Positions 1 through 14,169 of a stretch of 64,000 nt of DNA are shown piece by piece. Position numbers and translations under genes: made by a program. The notes beneath the pieces were generated by a model. The model was not told where the DNA came from. It did not search any database and saw nothing but the letters and a program-made list of their open reading frames with translations. Source of the stretch: Phoronis australis (Eukaryota; Animalia; Phoronida); the NCBI GenBank assembly GCA_002633005.1, contig NMRA01000016.1, positions 285,396-349,395 on the forward strand. Direction: 5' to 3'. Within the stretch, counting starts at the first letter, position 1, and each line of letters starts with the position of its first letter.

Positions 1-1836
1 TGCATTTATAGCTAAGTCAAAGTTTCATGTGAAGAATGGTTAGCGTGCTCAATGTTTCATTTCCTGGTCGCCATTTTGAAAACATTTGGTTCACATTGGT
101 ATAAGTCACTTGGTAATGTGTACTAGCATTCAGATATTAGTGTTGTTACTGCATAGAAATTGCCCGAATTTGTCAGGCAAGTTTTTACCAGGAAAATGTT
201 GTCATCGGGACGCACATTTGCCGGTGTTCCGATCTCCATGGAGTCTTCAGGATTAATTCCATGAAAGTTTATTCATTACTCGAGGCATTTGTTTATCGGA
301 GTCTCACAGATGTGTGACTGGGGCATTTTCAAAGCCTGCCAATAGAGTCTACAGAACTATATTTTCGATCGCATGGGGACACAACATAGTGAAAATAATT
401 CCTGTGAAGTCCTGCAAAATTTCTGTAATTCTGACATACACCGATCCTCGACTATTCGGTGCATCTCTTTAATGTACAACAGTCTTTGTCGTCTGCATAC
501 TGCTTAATATGCTAATGATATGCTAATTTATGACCATTCTCGTGGCAGGTGTGACCATAACAAGTACAATCTGAGCTATCTTATATCACTGGGGGAGACC
601 AACAGGAAACGGAAATTGGAGACAGGGAATGATGGGAAGGAGGCTCAGGAGAATAGCGATTTAACGGAGGAGGACTCTAGTGACTCTGATGCAGAGAACA
701 TATTAAGTGAACTACGAGAGAAGTGGACACCAGACTCTAGTGAAGTGGAGGAGACTTGATTTGCTTTGTATTACTGGCCTCTGCCGGGAACTCTTCCTCT
801 GATCTGTATTGAAGTCGCATCTTTATCTGGGTCCTACTTTGCCGGCTAAGTAATTCTGCTGTTATTTTATCACACAATATGGCCGACAAGTGAAATTCTG
901 TTTTGTCAAAATTTCTCCACAAAAGAATGTTTTGTAGTGTGTAGATGCCATCAGTTAGATATCCTGGTAAAGTTTGCATTATTTTATGGCAACGTAATCA
1001 GCCTTTGAAAAATGGAAAATGACAGTTTTGGCTATTATTTTTGTGAAGAACAAGTGGAGAATTATGGGAACAATTTGATGTCATTACGTGTCATTAGAAT
1101 TGTCAAACAATGCTGGTGTTTTTTGACAACACAATTAAGACTGAAGAAAAGCTTCATGAAATTGTCCCATTGTGTGGGGACTGTCTTTGTATAGAGCAAG
1201 TATTGCTCTTGGAGCTGTGCAACATTCGTTTTTACATTTAGTAGAACTTGTCCACAGTCGGATAATTACCAGGGCCTAGGGTATAATCTTTGTACTCGAT
1301 GTCAAGCTCAGAATTATTTTTGACATTTTCCTCTTGATATTATATTACATAGAATGGAAAATGTCAAAAATATTTTCAAGTTCAATTTCGAGTATGAATG
1401 TTAGATTCCAGTTTGTCGTTTTTTAGTTAAGACTGGATTCAAGATTATTCTCCTGCCTTGTGTGTTGGCTATGCAGGGCATGTGTGCTCAGACACGTAAT
1501 GGCCGGAGGGCCTGAAAGAGACGAACTACTGAATCACATATTGTTCCAGTTGGTTATGTAAAACAATTAAATGCTCACTAGATGTCACAGCTGCTGTCTT
1601 AGCCACCAAAGTTGTGAAAATGGTCTTAGATCACAGGAGAGAAGTGATCCGTATATGTTATACAACGTACATGTTTATACCAGTGATTACTACACTGAGG
1701 CATGTGATCTGCAAAGGTATTTGAACGAGGCCAAAATCAGATTTCAAACGCCTTTGCATATCATGTATCGAGAAACACCACTTGCAAAAACGTAAGATGT
1801 ATAACATTATATTTATCGTGTACGCCACTGATGGTT

Positions 1837-2062
1837 CTAGGCTTGCGATTTTCCCTTTTTAAGAGGATTTTCTATTTTTTGGTTTCGATTTCCTTTTATG
1901 TGATTTCCAGTTTCCTATTTTTGCGTCTATTGTTTACCATTATTTTGACTTTATTCATGCAAAAACGTTTATTTCAGTTGAATTTTACAACACAGAAATA
2001 TTTCTATCACACAAGCCTATTTGTGGAACGATAGATCTGCTGGAAATTTTTCCTCTTTATTT
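1837..2062 (+). repeat. Interspersed repeat; inverted copy at about 13735-13946
   Basis: Shared tttctatcacacaagcctatt / ttgactttattcatgcaaaaac in opposite orientation. Confidence 0.75.
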
Positions 2063-3510
2063 CCATTAGTCATTCCAAGCACTTTGTTTGTCACAAAAAA
2101 ACTGCTCATTAGTCAATGGTGATGACAGCCTTGAGTGACACCTGTAACAAAGATGGTCAATAAAGTTTCTGTGCGTATCATTTTCGTGGATGAATTTTCA
2201 CACAATGTAGTTCATGACTAATTTAGAGTCTATTTTTGCTTGAAATACATGATCCTTTACTACCCACGTGAAACGAGGGCGCAAACTCATCACATAGATA
2301 TCGGTAGGTTGGCATATATATTGTTAACTTTGTTTTTCTTATAATAAAAATAATGGTAAACATTTATCGTTAACCAGCTGATGGGTGCCCAAGTTACGAT
2401 ATCAGTGTTACCCGTATTGTTATATCCAACAAAGACGCAACAAAGGAAAAAAGTGGCAGCGTCCCATAGGCGATAACCATGTGACACGCTTGCGCCTGTT
2501 ACATGGGTCACACAAGTTGAACAATAGCTTTCGAAATCCATACATCATTTGACATGGGTAATTTAAATATTGGCTGCAACAGTATTTTCCTTATGTATAT
2601 TCAAACCATGCTCGAATTGTTTTGCACCATTTTTGGAAATCGTGAGCCATTTTTGAGAAGTCGGGTTTTTTCTGCTGTAAAGTGGTTGAAATTGTGTTCC
2701 ATAAAGATACATTATTTTATTATGTAGCGGTAAAAGTGATTGTGACACGCCCAGCAAGTGAAAGTAATGTATAACCATTGTTGTCATAACAGAGGAAGAT
2801 TACGTCCTGAACCTTGTTTGAATTTTGTCCAGGGAAAACCCTAGGCTAGTTTGCTTCCCTTTTGTGATTTGAAATTTTGTTGTTAGTGAGAATGACTGTG
2901 AAAGACTGGCTAACATCTTTCAATGGTTAAAAGGTAAAAAGTACCGTATTGTTGGTGCTCGTCTGCACCCAACTCATTTTGAAATCTGTGCCTCAAAGTT
3001 GGCACTAGGTGGCGCTGAGTAAAGAAGAGTTATGACTCATTACATCTGGCATCAGGTGATTTTCTTTTTGAAAGTATGGTTTACTAAAAATAAATCACCT
3101 TATGAATTTTGAAAAGAACAGACCAGAATTTTTTGCCCAGAGGGGAATTAAACTGCTTTGAAGAAATTTTTGGTCAATTCTCTCGCAAACGCAATTTGAA
3201 CCTTTATGGTTGATTGCTATGACGTCTTAAGTAACACAGCTTAATCACTATTGTATTACTTGTTTCTGTCGTCATTGCTCACTGCGTCACACAAACGGTT
3301 TAAAGTATTGCATATTTTCTTTTCTTGGAAAAGGTAAACGTAAGTAAGATTTGACAAAAAATTGAGAACAAAATTACTTCAAAAGGTAACATTCCTCTGA
3401 ATAACGACCTCAGCTATAAGTCAAATATCGAGCAACTAATGATGCTATGTCAACCATTAAAAGTATATATTTTCTGAAAGGAGAAAGGTCGATGATTCTA
3501 AAAATATGCT

Positions 3511-6500
3511 TCTTACTACTGTGTCTTTATTTTTGTCACGTGACCATGTTTTTTAAGTCAAATTTTCATGTGCAAGAAAGATACATTCGTAGCAAAGTAA
3601 CCTCCCAGCCAATTTTACTAAAACTTTTAATTAAATGAAAACTACGTCTCAAAAACACTAGAATTTTTTATCACGGTATTCATGTAGTTCAGGTATTATG
3701 CCAAATTAACTCTAAAAACACGAGGCATTTTTGTAAAAAAAAACAGCGGCCTTATTTGTATATCGCTCGGCATGCAAAAACTGAAGTTTTCATTTAAAAA
3801 AAGTTTTAGTTTAGGGGGTGACATTGCTATGAATCGGTGCACCTTTCTTGCACGTGAAATGTTGACTCGAAAAACATGGTCACATGACAGTTTTAAAGAC
3901 GCATTTATGAGAAGCATATTTTTAGAATCCTCGATCTATCTCCTTTCAGAAAATGTATATATGGTTGACGAAGCAAAGCTTTTTAGAAGTCGTTTATTTA
4001 GGTCCTAGATAATGTTAAGTGCTATGTGTATGACGTTGGACATATAATCCACTCCTGGAAAATACAGTACAAGACAGTAATCTTTCTAATTACCGTTAAC
4101 CACGTCATGATGGCTAATTCTGTTCATTGCAAAATCAACGTTAATAACTAATAGGGCAGCCAAGCTCTACTTACGGAAGGGCTTAGTCGCCTTATCAATT
4201 TCCTATTAATTCCCTTTCATTCCTGGCTGCGAGGAAAGACTATTCTATGAATCGGCTTCCTAACAACCGTCATTTTTGTGATTTCAGGTCATTTTGTCTG
4301 TCAGAATATTTCTGGCCTGTATTTGGCACAAGCGTGGAGAAACGAATTTTTATCTTTTCTTAATCTTTAGTACTTTTGTCTCTTGTAACAGATTCCGAGC
4401 TCTCTGTTCATTTCTCTTTATTCATCGTTTTACAAGTCGTTTCTTTCTGCATAAAACTTGTGGACAACCCTGTATGAAAGGCTGGTTGATTCAATTCTGT
4501 AATTTGTTGAATTGGAAGTAAAGATGGAGAAAAATCATTGAAAGTCAAAATACCTTAAGTATATTTTGCACATTTCTTTGATACTTCCAACTTTTTTTCA
4601 AATTGCATTAAAGATCACCACAACAGTGGTGTGGCAATTAATTTCCCTTCATTGTCATTAACATGTATGATGAGGAAAGGCGTTTGTAAAAATCAATATG
4701 AGCAAAATTTTGTCCTCTCACTTCACTATATCACAATTCGAGCTCCGTGAGTTACGACACGTACAAGCCGTGACGAGGTAATGTGTTGTTTATCTCTAGT
4801 TAGTCGTTGAACCGACTGAGTATTTGCTAAATCACCGGGTACTTGTCTCTTGCGTGAGTGACCGATAACTAGTTGATTTTGGTCATTTTTATTAATTTCG
4901 ATAAAATACACTGTGGAAAAACATTTACACACCATGGACTTGTAATTTGTGATATGCACCCACATACTTTTAAAAGGTATGTGGAATAATGTTTAGATAA
5001 TGCGATTATTACCTCAGGACATCTGGTTTCACGCAACAGCGAATCAGCCTCGTCCCCAAGGCTCAAGATGGCGCTGATTGGTTTAGCCATTTGAGGCTTG
5101 GTTATGGGAAATGAAATGACACATTTTACGCAAATCGCCAGAATATCAAGAGTAATATAATTTTGAAATTTTCTCCAGTTTTACATAAAAGTGGTATATT
5201 GCAGCAATTTAGGTCTAAATTATTGCAAAAATGATGTATTTTTATTTGAACACAGATTTCTGTGATACTATTACTAAAAAATTGAAAATAATTACTCAAA
5301 CAACCTTTATGTCAAACTTTAAGCAAAACAATGCATTCTGCTTCATGAATGGCAGCAACGCCTGTGAAAATAATTAAAATCTACCTTTGTTTTATTTAGG
5401 CCAAGGCAGCAGCCAATCATTGCGTGGAAGGCAATTCCCATAACCAAGCCTCAAATGGCTCACCCAATTAGTGCCATATTGAGGCTCAGGGACAAGGCTG
5501 GTGGCGAATGACCTGTTAGTGCTTGAAATGAACTAGGACGTTTCTCTTTATCGTCAAAATCTTTTGTGTGAACTTGTATGTTCATTATAATAATCAAGTG
5601 AACCTTGTTTTTCAGTACTGCAAGGAATTTTTGTATTTATTGGTCCTACAATCACACTTTTTCCCTTTCACCAAACTTGTGTCACCAAGTCTGAGGTATT
5701 ATGTGATTAGTTAAACTGACAACCATAGTTTTGTTTCATAAGATCGTCAATAAAATTGATAAAAGTTGGGTTAAAATTTCATTAACAAGTGATTTAGTGT
5801 AGAACAGTACAACTTGAACATGATTATTNNNNNNNNNNNNNNNNNNNNNNNNNNNNNNNNNNNNNNNNNNNNNNNNNNNNNNNNNNNNNNNNNTGTGTTA
5901 ACACCAGTTTAGTGTTGCATAACTTTTCAATTCAATAGGACTGCAGACAAGCAGTTGGCTCAAATCAAGTTGCCCATGACTTGATTAATGGCTCAGTGAA
6001 CATATTGCACTCTGTTCACTAGCAATATGGGCTTTTCTGTATTGGATTGTTTTGAGTTTTGAGGGCTGAAGTAACCAACCTGTCAACATTAACAGGTCAA
6101 AAAATACCACCCATTTTTAATGCATCACTTCTTACAGGAACAACCACCCATAATTTGTGTTTTTTTCTGAAGACCACCACCCATGAATTTTTATTTCTAC
6201 TGCCGTCCCCCCCCTCCCACACGGATTTTACTGGAACAGCCCTCAGCGAATCTTACTACTGTGTCTTTATTTTTGTCACGTGACCATGTTTTTTAAGTCA
6301 AATTTTCATGTGCAAGAAAGATACATTCATAGCAAAATAACCTCTCAGCCAATTTTACTAAAACGTTTTTAAATGAAAACTACGTCTCAAAAACACTGGA
6401 ATTTTTTATCACGGTATTCACTTAGTTAAGGTATTATGCCAAATTAACTCTAAAAACACGAGGCATTTTTGTAAAAAAAAGCGGCCTTATTTGTATATCG

Positions 6501-8611
6501 CTCAGCATGCAAAACTAGGCATTTTAAAGCAAAATCCTAGCAGCATTTTGAGACGACGTTAAGTTTTCATTTAAAAAAAGTTTTAGTTTAGGGGGTGACA
6601 TTGCTATGAATCGATGCACCTTTCTTGCACGTGAAATGTTGACTCGAAAAACACGACACATGACAGTTATAAAGATGCATTTATGAGAAGCATATTTTTA
6701 GAATCCTCGATCTATCTCCTTTCAGAAAATGTATACTTTTAATGGTTGACGAAGCAAAGCTTTTTAGAAGTCGTTTATTTAGGTCCTAGATAATGTTAAG
6801 TACTATATGTGTGGAGTTGGACGTATAATCCACTCCTGGAAAATACAGTACAAGACAGTAATCTTTTTAATTACCATTAACCACGTCATGGTGGCTAATT
6901 CTGTTAACTGCAAAAATCAACGTTAATAACTAATAGGGCAGCCAAGTTCTACTTATGGAAGGGCTTAGTCGCCTTATTGATTTCTTATTAGTTCCCTTTC
7001 ATTCCTGGCCGCGAGGAAAGACTATTCTATGAATTCGGCTTCCTACCAACCGTCATTTTTGTGATTTCAGGTCATTTTGTCTGAATATTTCTGGCCTGTA
7101 CTAGGCACAAGCGTGGATAAACGAATTTTTATTTTTTCTTAGTTTTTAGTACTTCAGTCTCTTGTAACAGATTCCGATCTCTCTGTTCATTTCTCTTTAT
7201 TCATCGTTATACAAGTCGTTTCTTTCTGCATAAAACTTGTGTACAACCCTGTATGAAAGGCTGGTTGATTCAATTCTGTAATTTGTTGAATTGGAAGTAA
7301 AGATGGAGAAAAATCATTGAAAGTCAAAATACCTTAAGTATATTTTGTGCATTTCTTTGATACTTCTAACTTTTTTTCAAATTGCATTAAAGATCACCAC
7401 AACAGTGGTGTGGCAATTAATTTCCCGTCATTGTCATTAACATGTATGATGAGGAAAGGTGTTTGTAAAAATCAATATGAGCAAAATTTCGTCCTCACAC
7501 TTCATTCACTATATCACAATTCGAGCTCCGTGAGTTACGACACGTACAAGCCGTGGTGAGGTAATGTGTTGTTTATCAGTTAGTCGTTGAACCGACTGAG
7601 TATTTGCTAAATCACCGGGTACTTGTCGCCCAGTCCCGTATGAGTGACTGATTAGTTGATTTTGGTCATTTTTATTAATTTCGATAAAATACACTGTGGA
7701 AAAACATTTACACACCATGGACTTGTTATTTGTGATATGCACCCACATACTTTTAAAAGGTATGTGGAATAATGTTTAGATAATGCGATTATTACCCCAG
7801 GACATCTGGTTTCACGCAGCAGCGAATCAGCCTCGTCCCTAAGGCTCAAGATGGCGCTGATTGGTTTAGCCATTTGAGGCTTGGTTATGGGAAATGAAAT
7901 GACACATTTTACGCAAATTGCCAGAATATCAAGAGTAATATAATTTTGAAATTTTCTCCAGTTTTACATAAAAGTGGTATATTGCAGCAATTTAGGTCTA
8001 AATTATTGCAAAAATGATGTATTTTTATTTGATCACAGCTTTCTGTGATACTATTACTAAAAAATTGAAAATAATTACTCAAACAACCTTTATGTCGAAC
8101 TTTAAGCAAAACAATGCCTTCTGCTTCATGAATGGCAGCAACGCCTGTGAAAATAATTAAAATCTACCTTTGTTTTATTTACACCAAGGCAGCAGCCAAT
8201 CATTGCGTGGAAGGCAATTCCCATAACCAAGCCTCAAATGGCTAAACCAATTAGTGCCATATTGAGGCTCAGGGACAAGGCTGACGGCGAATGACCTGTT
8301 AGTGCTTGAAGTGAACTAGGACATTTCTCTTTATCGTCAAAATCTTTTGTGTGAACTTGTATGTTCATTATAAAAATCAAGTGAACCTTGTTTTTCTGTA
8401 CTACTAGGAATTTTTGCATTTATTGGTCCTACAATCACACTTTTTCCCTTTCACCAAACTTGTGTCACCAAGTCAGAGGTATTATGTGATTAGTTAAACT
8501 GACAACCATAGTTTTGTTTCATAAGATCGTCAATAAAATTGATAAAAGTTGGGTTAAAATTTCATTAACAAGTGATTTAGTGTAGAACAGTACAACTTGA
8601 ACATGATTATT
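3511..8611 (+). repeat. About 2.3-kb direct duplication (3511-5828 and 6251-8611) around N-gap 5829-5893
   Basis: Near-identical copies with SNPs and indels; copy 1 ends exactly at the gap. Confidence 0.95.
5045..5500. mobile_element. MITE-like element with about 65-bp TIRs (second copy about 7828-8284)
   Basis: cagcctcgtcccc...gaggcttggttatgggaa (5045-5110) is inverted to ttcccataaccaagcctc...gggacaaggctg (5435-5500). Confidence 0.75.
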
Positions 8612-11600
8612 TGAGTGAACGCCAGGTTTACTCTGGTCAATATTCCAAGTTCATGCATGTGCGATCTTAGATCAAGAGGAATTCCACGTTAAAGCACAAC
8701 AGACTGTAGTGAATGTTTTGAATCTTGCGATGGTTTCAAAACACCTAGCCGTGAAATATGCAAGGCAAGTTNCATTCGTTTGTTTTGATCACGCAGATTT
8801 TAAGAAAATAAAAAATAAAAGAAAAAATATGTACAGGCAGCAGATCGACCCCATACTTACGAAAAGTTCTAATTAAGTGTCAGAGAGTATGTTTCAATGG
8901 TTTTTATGCAGATTCACGATGTTTTTAAAACGTCTACAAACGGATCATATGACTTTAAAATAATTATTTTCCCTAATACATTTCATTTGAATAGAAAAGG
9001 TGCAAAATGTCTATTAAAGGGGTACAATATGTCAAAATTGATCAAAAATGCCTTTCAACAGATAACGCTTTTTTGTGCAAATAAGCGAAACGTACCGCTT
9101 TACGAAGTAGATCAAATGACCTTTGCGGAGTGTAAATAAAACTACGAGGACAAGGTGAGTTAAACTTTAAAGAAGGAAGCTCTTTCTCTGTGGAAAGTAG
9201 CGTCATCTATTGATTAAAATTATCATTAGACATTAACCTTATTACAACAAGACACATTTGCATCAACTAATCGTGAACTTACAAGTCAAGACCGTCTAGA
9301 CATGTCAAATTCAAAGCAAAAATCTTCCGACATGTTGGCAGGCTATTTCGCGAATGTTTCGGCATAAAAATGAGGCAAGAATATGATCGGTGTCTGGACT
9401 AATTACGGTAAGTCGACCAGTTGAGTAAAGATGAAACAGACAAGAATGAAGAATAAGAATTTTATTATCACAACATTATCTTGTAGCTAAGAAGACAATT
9501 TTCAAACCTTATCCAAACCATAGACTATAAAGACGAATAAACATCAACTGGTACACACTCAGATATTTAGATAAAATTTTTACTTGATCAACTTCGAGGT
9601 TTTTGTGCGCTTGTATTTTTTAACAGAAATGGTAATAACATGACATCAATATCTATAAAATATCAATGCCTATTTGATACCAATATCTGTTTTAATACCA
9701 ATATCTATTTCATTTTGTACAACTAGACAAAGTGAGATGAATAGGTGACCAACTTCAATGTATGAAGTCGAATTTAATGTTGTGGTGTACAGTGAACAAA
9801 AGTAACTGCAAAGCATTCTGTTCTCATAAAATACTCATCAGTGAAATGAGGGTAATTGATAAAACGTGCCGTAATTTTGAGAACCAGTTTTCTTCACTGA
9901 ATAACAGGCATCAAACTGGTTCTCAAAATAAGGGCACGTTATATCAGACTATTGCCGAAATGAGAGTAGCAATGATGTTTCCACTTAATCCAACAGCAAA
10001 CTTTGTTGAATACATGGGTGGTATCTTTCATGCACGAGCACGTATTTTGCCAGAGATTTCATTTCTGCAAATTACAACGGTGCGTCCTTACACAACAGTT
10101 GTAACTGGACAACACGATTGATTGGACGTTTTTTTTTTAAATGCCGTAGATCCCACAACATTAAAAACTCCATACCAAGAGACGCGAGTTGCAGGTAGAC
10201 AAAAATAGAATAGTCGTATAAAAACTTGTTAACTAGCCACAACCTGCTTCTGAGCGAGTCACTTCCGCGTCAAAAATGTTAATCAATTGCTTAAGAAACT
10301 AATGGTACAAAAGTGAGGTAACACAAAAACGAGTTCTAAAACGAACACCGTGCCCAAGAGAAGATAGAAACCTGTCAACGGGGATCCTTTTCAAAATAAA
10401 GTAATAGGCTTGCAATATGAGAAATGCTAACCCTTTCCAATGGCCCCGTTTTTTTTGGAACAATGCCAAACGGTACAAACGATTGTAATTGTGCTATAAT
10501 GTTAGTTACTGCCAATCGTAAAACAACAAAGAAGACAAAATTAAACACTTAACATATGCAATTAACATAATACTAATGAGTACATACTGGCGGCTCCTCA
10601 ACGTACACCTTCCTGATGAATATTAGAAAAAAGTCGTCATTGAATTATGTCCTCTCACAAGCGCAGCAAAAATGAAGAGAAGGTATACCACAAGAACGCT
10701 TCGATTTGGGACAAAAGTAATTGCAAAAATAAACCAATGCTTGTTTTAATGCGACAAATGTTCAGAATTTCTCCAAATGCTATTAACTGGAGACAGCTCT
10801 CTGAACAGGAAAGAAGTCAAATTTCCTTAAAGTGGCATTATCGGCAAGATAAGTGATTTTTTGAGAGATTCGCCTCAGCGTGGAATGGAACCTGCAACCC
10901 AACGCTGTAGCTCCTCTGGCAAACCTTATCCCCACTTGGTAACTGGCACAGTATTTCAACCACATTAATTGGTTAAAACATAGGCCTTGATTTTAGCAAG
11001 TGTCGGGCAGAAAATGGCGAGAATTGGCGATTTGTAAAAAAATCACAACACCAACAGACTTTATCGCTTATAGTTCTGGTCAAGGCCAATAACTTCAAGA
11101 AGTCTGTGCCGTCCAACAACAATCTTCAAAAATACTTTTTTCGATCGTAACACCGATAATGTCCCTTAAGTACTTATTTTTATTGTGAAAGTTAACTGTA
11201 GGAAAAATCGTTTTTCTGTCACATTGCGTCCTAAATTGGAGATTTATTTACCGTAATCGGTTGAACTTACGTTGAAGAAAACCAGAGAGGTGTGAATGAC
11301 AATCATGAAGGTCAATACTCTCTGACCCAACTCTTGTGAGATGACATAATGCGTAATGATTCCACAACAGTTGTAACGGCACTGGTCGTTAGGTTCTTGA
11401 CATTTAAAACCACACATCACAACCGTTAATGTATTAAAGGACTGCAGACTATTGTAATCGTTTTACCAAGCAAACACCTATTTTAGGCTTGAAATGCATT
11501 CCGTGGAGAACAACAAAGGTCAGATTTGAAAAAACAAAGTGATAATATGTTAAATATATAGAAGTATTTTAAAAAAGGCGATGTCTTAATATGGCATAAA

Positions 11601-11696
11601 AGAAGGGTGAGATACATCATGGCTACGGTTGTGATGTTTCTGTAGTTCCAAACGACAACGCACCTTTGACAAAATGCCATAGACTGATGTGTTTGT

Positions 11697-11948
11697 CTAG
11701 ATAGTGTTACCAGCCAACTTGGCCTGCATCTCATACTGACTCAGATGCTTTTTCAGGGCCAGGTTTTCCACTCGTAACTTCTCCAGGTCAGATTTAAGTG
11801 TACCATTTTCCTTCTCAAGGAAGGCTGCGCGCATGGCGATCTGGTTCTCCTTGACGCGACGAGCATCACGAGATCGCTTGGCGGCGACATTGTTTTTGTT
11901 GCGGCGCTCCCAGTACTGCTCGTCCTTTAAGTTCTCGGGCACGTACAT
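11697..11948 (-). CDS. HLF: PAR-bZIP last coding exon (basic region + leucine zipper)
   Basis: ttacag| [48 protein letters not shown]...; stop TAG. All six exons sum to 801 nt (266 aa), or 759 nt without the microexon. Confidence 0.97.
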   Translation of the reverse strand: MYVPENLKDEQYWERRNKNNVAAKRSRDARRVKENQIAMRAAFLEKENGTLKSDLEKLRVENLALKKHLSQYEMQAKLAGNTI

Positions 11949-12729
11949 CTGTAATGAGGGCATGTGATGTATATTTCAAGTAAACTAGCAACGAATAGCC
12001 ACGAAGAGTAATAAATGTTACAAAAAGTCATATACAAAGAATATAAATAATACAAAATCATGAAATATTACTGATAAAAAGACTTTTTCAGCAAGTGATG
12101 GCATATTCAGAAATGAGGAAAAATGGTGGCATTCAGGATAAGTTTCTCAACTGACACATGCGAAATCGTGGGTATGGAAATAACAGACGACAGCCGGTAA
12201 TTCTCCGCACACATAAAGGAACAAATACTCGTAAAAAATGTTTGTAGTACAAACAGAAAGCGCATCGAAAGTATACTTTTGTTAAGTTAATATTCACAGG
12301 TACTTGAGCCAGATAAACATTTTGAGGTAAGGTGTTTAAGATAAATTTGTAATGAATCAGTTGTGGGTTGTTTTCTCCTTAAGTCATAAGAACAGATCTT
12401 CGTGATTTGACCCAAAACAGACTGTTGATGATTTCTTTTTCTTGTGACAAAGTAATTCTCTTCATCAAAATATGTGTTGAAATAGTGAGAGGAAGTCCCA
12501 CCAGGGGAATATATGAAACAGAATGTTTGTATGTTTACAGGCTATTCCATTTATTGGTTTCTCAGTGTGGGCTATTTCAGCTACACTGTTGTTGTTGGTT
12601 TTCAAATCCATTGTTAGGGCAATGTTGGCTTGTAAATATCCGGCGACATCACAGATGACTTGTAAAGTTTCTTCAATTTAGAATAAAATTCTGTGGAACA
12701 GGGAAAATTTTTTCAGTGAAAATATTTCC

Positions 12730-12890
12730 ACATAAAACATCTTATTACTTAAAATGACATTCTTATTAAAATGACGTGGGCAAAAATTGAATTTCGGGCC
12801 TCAAAAGTGGAGGCCTCGCTTTTGAGGCCCGAAATTCAATGTTTGTCATTTTAACAAGAATGAGTCATTTTAAATAATAAGCTGTTATAA
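12730..12890. repeat. About 160-bp fold-back palindrome
   Basis: Core ATTGAATTTCGGGCCTCAAAAG...CTTTTGAGGCCCGAAATTCAAT with imperfect outer arms. Confidence 0.85.
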
Positions 12891-14129
12891 GTAAACTTTA
12901 TTTCATTATTTGCATATTCTTAAATATTGTACAGCTGTCATGGTGAAATTTTGAGCATCTTCAAAATGCAGTGAGTTTTCAAAAATTGAAAAATTACCAT
13001 TTTGGCAATTAATTTTGTTTGAATTTGAGTAAACTTTACCATAACCACATTCACAATTTGCATTTTTGGTGGCGAGATTTAAATTCAGCTTGTAAGACTT
13101 GTGTTTATTCGGATTTTCGGGCTCTTTTTCAATCTTTTACTTGTCTATGATGGTTGCCTTGTCATACTCTCACATAACAATGTGTTGCAGTCTACTCGTG
13201 CTGTCAATTCTTGTCCGCTCAATTGGCGAGTGTTTCTGAGTATATTGTTTACACATCACTAAGTTCCCTGTCATGCCACCAGGTGTTTATGAACCAACAA
13301 CCACCCCATAATGCATTTGAAAAATGACAGCAGTGTTGTGGATGAAATCCCCCTGCGAATTAGAATTGTGTTCTTAAGATCGTCAGGTAGGGAAGAAATA
13401 TGGGTTTAGATTTTGAAAATCTTTGGTCATTTGGTCACAAGGTGTAACATGCAGGGTAATTGGGGTTGATGGCATGATTAATCAAATCTTTACGATCATA
13501 TATTTCCATCTAATTCGTAGTGCCATGTTTATATACATCCTGCACAGGTATTCGGAAATTATGCTGAAGGTCAACACTGAGATTCAGACGACTTGAATAC
13601 TTTGTTTTCAACGGAAGACCCATTTCATTTCAAAACCATTGTGCTCAGATATCACATTGTTTGCATTACACTAGATGAACAGCACGAGCTCCCCTCAAAG
13701 ATGTATGTACGGCAGGGCTAGGAAAGAGCAAGGATAATAAAAGAGGGAAATTTTCCAGGTGATGTATCGTTCCACAAATGAATAGGCTTGTGTGATAGAA
13801 ATTTTTTTTGTGTTGTGAAATGTTTTTGCATGAATAAAGTCAAATTAATGAAAAAAAAGAGATGAAAACAGGTGACTGGAAATCAAATGAGAAATTGAAA
13901 CCAAAAAATATGAAATCCACTTAAAAGAGGAAAATTCCAAGCCCTGGTACAGCTCCAGTTACAATACAAGAAACAGTCGTAGAAACAGCGCACGCCTCCA
14001 GAAACCGATGTAATCAGCAGCTGTGATTAGTACGCAACTGGTCATTGTCGCACTCATTATTTGCGCAATTACATGACGCACAAAAAATATTGAAGTTATA
14101 TAAGAAGGGTGGACAACTTGTGAGGAAGG

Positions 14130-14169
14130 TTACATAATGAAGAATGTTACATAATGCATCATTACATAA
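14130..14169. promoter_or_regulatory. Triple D-box cluster, last intron
   Basis: TTACATAA at 14130, 14147 and 14162; C/EBP-like TTGCGCAA at 14061. Confidence 0.7.

Noticed and set aside
520-1194. Short acidic ORF and neighbours
   Set aside because: No recognisable domain or consistent splice structure; possibly decayed transposon, but unsupported.
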